Below are positions 60,001 to 64,000 of a stretch of 64,000 nucleotides of DNA, one piece after another. Origin of the DNA: Heteronotia binoei (Eukaryota); contig NC_083230.1 of the NCBI RefSeq assembly GCF_032191835.1, positions 92,256,001-92,320,000 of the forward strand. The letters run 5' to 3'. How positions within the stretch are numbered: position 1 is the stretch's first letter; each line of letters starts with the position of its first letter. The translations under genes and the position numbers were made by a program. The notes beneath the pieces were generated by a model. It did not search any database. It was not told the origin of the DNA and worked only from the letters and a program-made list of their open reading frames with translations.

Positions 60001-61667
60001 GATGAGCTAACATGAACTCATAAAACTGCAGCACAGAAACATGGATATTATGATTGTATACATAGGTTTGTTCAAAACAAAACATTTAGAATGTCTAAAC
60101 AGGGACACTGCTACAAAGAAACCCTACCTCACCCTCTTCCTCCCCCATTCTAGTCTCACACACAGATTAGAATTCCCATTTCACCAAAAGTGAATAATCA
60201 AGGATTCTAGTTAGTCTTTAGCTGTGGTGTGTCAATTTTCTAAGTGCTAAGCATGTTTTACTGCATGGGTACATACCTGCTATCTGAAGCAGTCCAGAAA
60301 CCACAAAACTCAGGTTTTGAGATATTATAAACAAGATGTAATCTAACACTTAGACCAGTCTTAAAGCCATTGTATTATGCTGGTCAGATGAGGATCTGAG
60401 AGATCCATGTTTAAATCCACAACTCTACTATGAAGCTCACTAGAGCTGCTTCCACACTGAAGTTCTGCTCCAGTTTTGTGTCTAAATTGCAGAGGGCTGT
60501 GGAGCTGCTTTGGAACATCCAAAGAATAGAATCCTTTAAGTACCCGCTTTCTGCATTTACCCCACTTTGCTGCCATCTTCCAAAATGTAGTTTAGTCAGA
60601 TATTTTCAGAAAAATTCCAAAGCGCATTTTTACGCTGCAGATGCATGGGCAGGAAGGCACACATTTTTACAGATCTTGCTCACATTAACACTATGTTCCT
60701 GCCTCAGTCCCCCATGGCCACTATTTCACCCCCTCTTGAGAGAGATTTCTCAATTCCTTTTTTTTAAAAAAAATGTTATTGATACCTAATTATAGCTTGA
60801 AATTAAAAATTGCTATGTTGCAGTGTCAGTTACTGATTTTTTTTAAAAAGTTCTCCAGTGACATAGAGGAATTATGGCTGTGGGGGAACCAAGGAAGTGT
60901 GAAGATGCTCTGTGCCACTGCTGATGCCTCTGCATTTGCAACAGAAGGAACAGAAAATAATTACTGTGTGGATACAGCCTGGGTAAAATTCAGCCAATCA
61001 CACCCCATCTCTCAGCCTAACCTACCTCACAGGATGGTTATAAGGATAAAATGGAGTAGGGGAGGGTAGTGTACAACAACCCCAAGTTCCTTGAAGAAAG
61101 GCTGGGGCAAAAATACACTTTATTTTATGGCATTTATAACCCACCTTTTCCTTAAAGACTCAATGATAAATGTTTGTTCATCACTATTTTGTATATATAA
61201 CATGATCACCATGCCAACTTACTGACGGCTGTAATTACATTTTCATAACTCTTCAAAGTATCAAACCTCCTGAGACATCCTACTCAATGGAACCTACTCC
61301 CAGGAAAGTGTTCGTAGGACTCTGTTGCTCATACAGCAAAATGGACGTTTTGCATATGCTCTTCACACATAATAAAACCGGACACGCACACGACAACAAC
61401 AGCTGTAAAACAAGCGTGCCCACTACCTAACAGCGCTTGCTAAGATCCGCATCCAGACTCCAACCCCTCCAAGGTTTTCGTCGTGCTGCGGAGGCGTCTA
61501 CAACCACCCAGACGACTCAGGCCTGGGCCCTGCGCGGGAGCCTGGGAAGCTCTTTTGTGTGAGGCACCGGCTATTCCCCGGACAGACGGGCGCCTGAGCG
61601 GCCCCTCTTATGCCCTGCTCCCCCCTCCGTACCCAGCGACATACCTTCCGAGGCCGTCGGCTTCCAT
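50912..61667 (-). CDS. TDG: G/T mismatch-specific thymine DNA glycosylase, complete CDS, 1197 nt / 398 aa
   Basis: join(complement 61645-61667, 59281-59423, 56124-56332, 54618-54687, 53468-53603, 53304-53386, 53106-53200, 52587-52758, 52280-52408, 50912-51048). All introns GT-AG with continuous phase. IGINPG catalytic Asn motif, [16 protein letters not shown]-degron, VQEV SIM, VKEE SUMO site. Confidence 0.97.
52020..52227. mobile_element. Penelope-like inverted pLTR pair (imperfect hairpin) with a decayed hammerhead
   Basis: Arms roughly 75% complementary around 52120; ctgatgaaggtagctttgactttcaaa core remnant. Confidence 0.65.
52280..52408 (-). CDS. TDG: TDG exon 9 (129 nt)
   Basis: [43 protein letters not shown]; |gtagat. 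Confidence 0.95.
52587..52758 (-). CDS. TDG: TDG exon 8 (172 nt)
   Basis: [57 protein letters not shown]. Confidence 0.96.
53106..53200 (-). CDS. TDG: TDG exon 7 (95 nt)
   Basis: [32 protein letters not shown]; |gtaagt. Confidence 0.96.
53304..53386 (-). CDS. TDG: TDG exon 6 (83 nt)
   Basis: [27 protein letters not shown]; |gtaaga. Confidence 0.96.
53468..53603 (-). CDS. TDG: TDG exon 5 (136 nt)
   Basis: [45 protein letters not shown]; |gtagga. Confidence 0.96.
54618..54687 (-). CDS. TDG: TDG exon 4 (70 nt)
   Basis: [23 protein letters not shown]; |gtaagt. Confidence 0.96.
56124..56332 (-). CDS. TDG: TDG exon 3 (209 nt)
   Basis: [69 protein letters not shown]; |gtaagt. Confidence 0.96.
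57430..58026. mobile_element. hAT non-autonomous element
   Basis: caggggtgggga / tccccacccctg TIRs; perfect TSD ctctagcc. Confidence 0.9.
58042..58661. mobile_element. hAT MITE (CAGGGGTGTCAAAC family)
   Basis: TIRs; TSD cactaatc/cactaacc. Confidence 0.9.
59281..59423 (-). CDS. TDG: TDG exon 2 (143 nt)
   Basis: [47 protein letters not shown]; ttattag| and |gtatct. Confidence 0.92.
59487..59825 (+). repeat. 103-bp direct duplication (59487-59589 / 59723-59825) in TDG intron 1
   Basis: The two copies differ at only about 4-5 positions. Confidence 0.9.
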
Positions 61668-62300
61668 TCCTCAACGCCCGGCTCTCTCTCCCTCCCCCTC
61701 GCAGCGAGTCCGAGAGGGCCTAACGGACTCCGCGCGACAGCCCCGCCCAGCCCAGCCCCCGACTCCCCTCCCTCGCGCCCCTCTTCCCCCCCCCCGCCCC
61801 TACCTTTTGCCTCGCTCTCATTCACAGCCTTCCACCGCCCGGTCAGGCTGGCAGCCGCGCCAGGGACACGTGGGCCAAGACGGCCAATGAGAGTCGAGTG
61901 CTCGTCAAGACTGAGGCCACAGCGAACAGCCGATGAGCGCTGTTTCCTACGGCTGCAGCGTGGCGGTTCCTTCACTCGCTAATGTGTTGTGAGATTTTTA
62001 GAATACGTAACCTTGGAAAGCCCAAGCCAAGACTCACATTCTCACCGTGTGTTAACACTCGGTGTTTGCAACATGTACAAACAGGTTTGCATGATTGGGC
62101 AGCTAGGGGACCTTTAACGCCGCGGAGGAGGCTTTCTACGGGCCTGGCGTCGGCGAAATACGTCACAGGGCCGCCACGTGACTGCAGACATTGCACATGG
62201 GTTGAGCAAGGTCTTCTGCCCTGGCTGTTATCTGCGCGGAGAAACTCTTTTGGGAGGCGTTGTAGGATCTCGTTCTCGTCCCCTTAGTTTATAAGCGACA
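61480..62300. promoter_or_regulatory. CpG island / bidirectional TDG-UQCC6 promoter
   Basis: CpG-rich; GC boxes (ccccgccc at ~61741 and ~61792), E-boxes cacgtg (~61867, ~62176), CCAAT (~61884); divergent genes. Confidence 0.8.
61645..61667 (-). CDS. TDG: TDG coding exon 1 (23 nt of CDS)
   Basis: ATG GAA GCC GAC GGC CTC GGA AG|gtatgt = MEADGLGR. Confidence 0.9.
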
Positions 62301-62927
62301 TTAGGGTTACATCATTGGGAGCTGATACAGGCAAGTGGACATCATAGGTCGATATCAGGAGAATGTAACTAACTTCTCTGCCTTTCTGGGAGAAAGGATT
62401 TAGTTTCCCTTTTGAAGTTGCGGGAGGACGTCTTTGCCCAACGGTTGCGTGCTGTATTTTTCACTCACACTGCGTTTTCACTTACGCGACTTTCTAAACA
62501 GTCTGCAGACGCCCTCCCGTTGTCTACAGTGGGTGCAATTAATAGCTTAATAGCAAGTAGGACGTCTCAGCTGGATGCGCTGGACGAGCAAATGCCCCAC
62601 CTTTGTGACTCGCTCTTCATCGTGTTTACCCGAAAAGTGGGGGTGGAAAGTGCCCTCAAGTCGCGGCCTTGTTTTCAAGGCAAGACTCCATATTTTCAAA
62701 GCAAGAGAGGCGGTTTCTCATTGCCTCGCCTCCGTGTAGCGATCCTGGAGTACCAGCGAAATCCTAAGCAGGGTCGCCGCTGCTGAATTTTCGAAATATA
62801 AGGAGATCGGGCTGTTCTGGGGCCCTGGTTCCCCCTTTAGGTGGCCGGATTCTTTTGTATAGAAAATAATTTATTTTTTTCTCTCTTCCTTTTTTACGTG
62901 AATCCCAATTGCAGGCTCCTCTTTACC

Positions 62928-63035
62928 ATGCCCGCAGGAGTGTCTTGGCCTAGCTACCTGAAAATGTTCACTGCAAGTTTGTTGGCTATGTTTGCTGGAG
63001 CAGAAGTTGTCCATAGGTATTACAGGCCTGATCTT
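62928..63035 (+). CDS. UQCC6: UQCC6 / C12orf73 / BRAWNIN mitochondrial complex III assembly microprotein, first coding exon (the rest lies right of the window)
   Basis: MPAGVSWPSYLKMFTASLLAMFAGAEVVHRYYRPDL|gtaagt; acceptor ttgcag| just before 62915; head-to-head with TDG as in mammals. Confidence 0.93.
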
Positions 63036-64000
63036 GTAAGTAAAATTTCTATTAAAATATGTATGTTTACTTACAGTTTAGAAGCTGCTCATCTCCACTT
63101 TTTTTAAACAGGATTAGGTAGGTAGTAGATGATATGAAAGACTTTGATCTGAGAATCCCAGAGATCAGCTGCTAACCACCTGTGGGTATTGACTAAATGT
63201 ATGGAGAAAGAGGGAGTGCACGTGGGGTACTCTGCTTCCATGTTATAGCCAGCTTGTGAGCACAGCACCTAATTTTGTAGGATGTGTCTGCATGTATACT
63301 CCCTCCCCATGATTGGCAGTGCTCAGAAAAGCAATGTCCCCAGTTATGGCGAGGGAACATACTTGTGGACACCTCGGTGCACATGACCCAGCAATCTTGT
63401 GGGGGATGGGGTCAAATGTAGTCATACCTACTGTCTTTCCTTATGCATTAAGTCAGCGCATGGAAAGGTTGTGTTAAGGGGTTAGTATGATGCAGCCTCT
63501 TGTGTTCCAAGTAAGAGAAAACATAGGATTATAGTGGCACCATAGACTAGGATCCAGAACAGCATTTCTGCTGGTGGAAGGATGTCTACCCTCATTACCC
63601 CCTACCGTGGTAGCCCCAAAATTCCACACCTAAATGCAGGATTGGGGAAGATATTTGGGACTGCTTCGACAGAGAAAATCAGGCTTCAGACCAGAGGCGG
63701 CCAAACTGTGGCTCAGGAGCCACCTGCAGTTCTTTCACACATATCGTATGGCTCCCAGTGGTCAAGGAGGAGCTTAATGCAAGCTTACTCTCAAGTAAGT
63801 GCACTTTGCATTGGGACCTCAGTCCGCTGCAGAGCACAACTACTTTTGCTGTGAAGTGGGGAAGGAGGGAAAAATAGGCAGGCTTGCAAGCTCTTCACCA
63901 CCACAGAGGTCATCCGGAGACCTAGAGTGGGGAAAGAGAGCACAAGAGCCAGGAGAGCCACTGGAAGGATGGATGGAATTGAAGAGCAGCGCAGGCTTCC

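Noticed and set aside
61483-62786. ORFs of 97-135 aa in the TDG/UQCC6 promoter
   Set aside because: GC-rich by-products with no recognisable domain or coherent splice structure.

Overview
Squamate reptile genomic DNA, probably gecko (Sauria SINEs, young L2/L1, hAT MITEs, Penelope-like remnants). It carries the amniote syntenic block HCFC2(-) / GLT8D2(+) / TDG(-) / UQCC6 = C12orf73/BRAWNIN(+). Exons were placed by hand from protein similarity, GT-AG boundaries and phase continuity. HCFC2 has coding exons 1-5 here (the rest lies left of the window). GLT8D2 is complete (9 coding exons, 351 aa, plus two likely 5'UTR exons). TDG is complete (10 exons, 398 aa). UQCC6 shows only its first coding exon. 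Introns are TE-rich. The most interesting unannotated signals are: (i) an intact minimal hammerhead ribozyme of Penelope type plus dead relatives, and a 73-bp fold-back hairpin centred on a hammerhead stem II; (ii) a ~165-bp inverted copy of the putative GLT8D2 5'UTR exon 3 kb downstream in its own intron; (iii) a CR1>L2>L1 nest whose L1 is a textbook twin-priming inversion; (iv) two young inverted L2 copies bracketing a 372-nt, stop-free exon block (circRNA or skipping candidate); (v) a candidate alternative TDG first exon with a uORF; (vi) tail-to-tail poly(A) signals 64 nt apart. No CRISPR array, rRNA gene or true tRNA gene was seen. Everything was read by eye and no database search was run.
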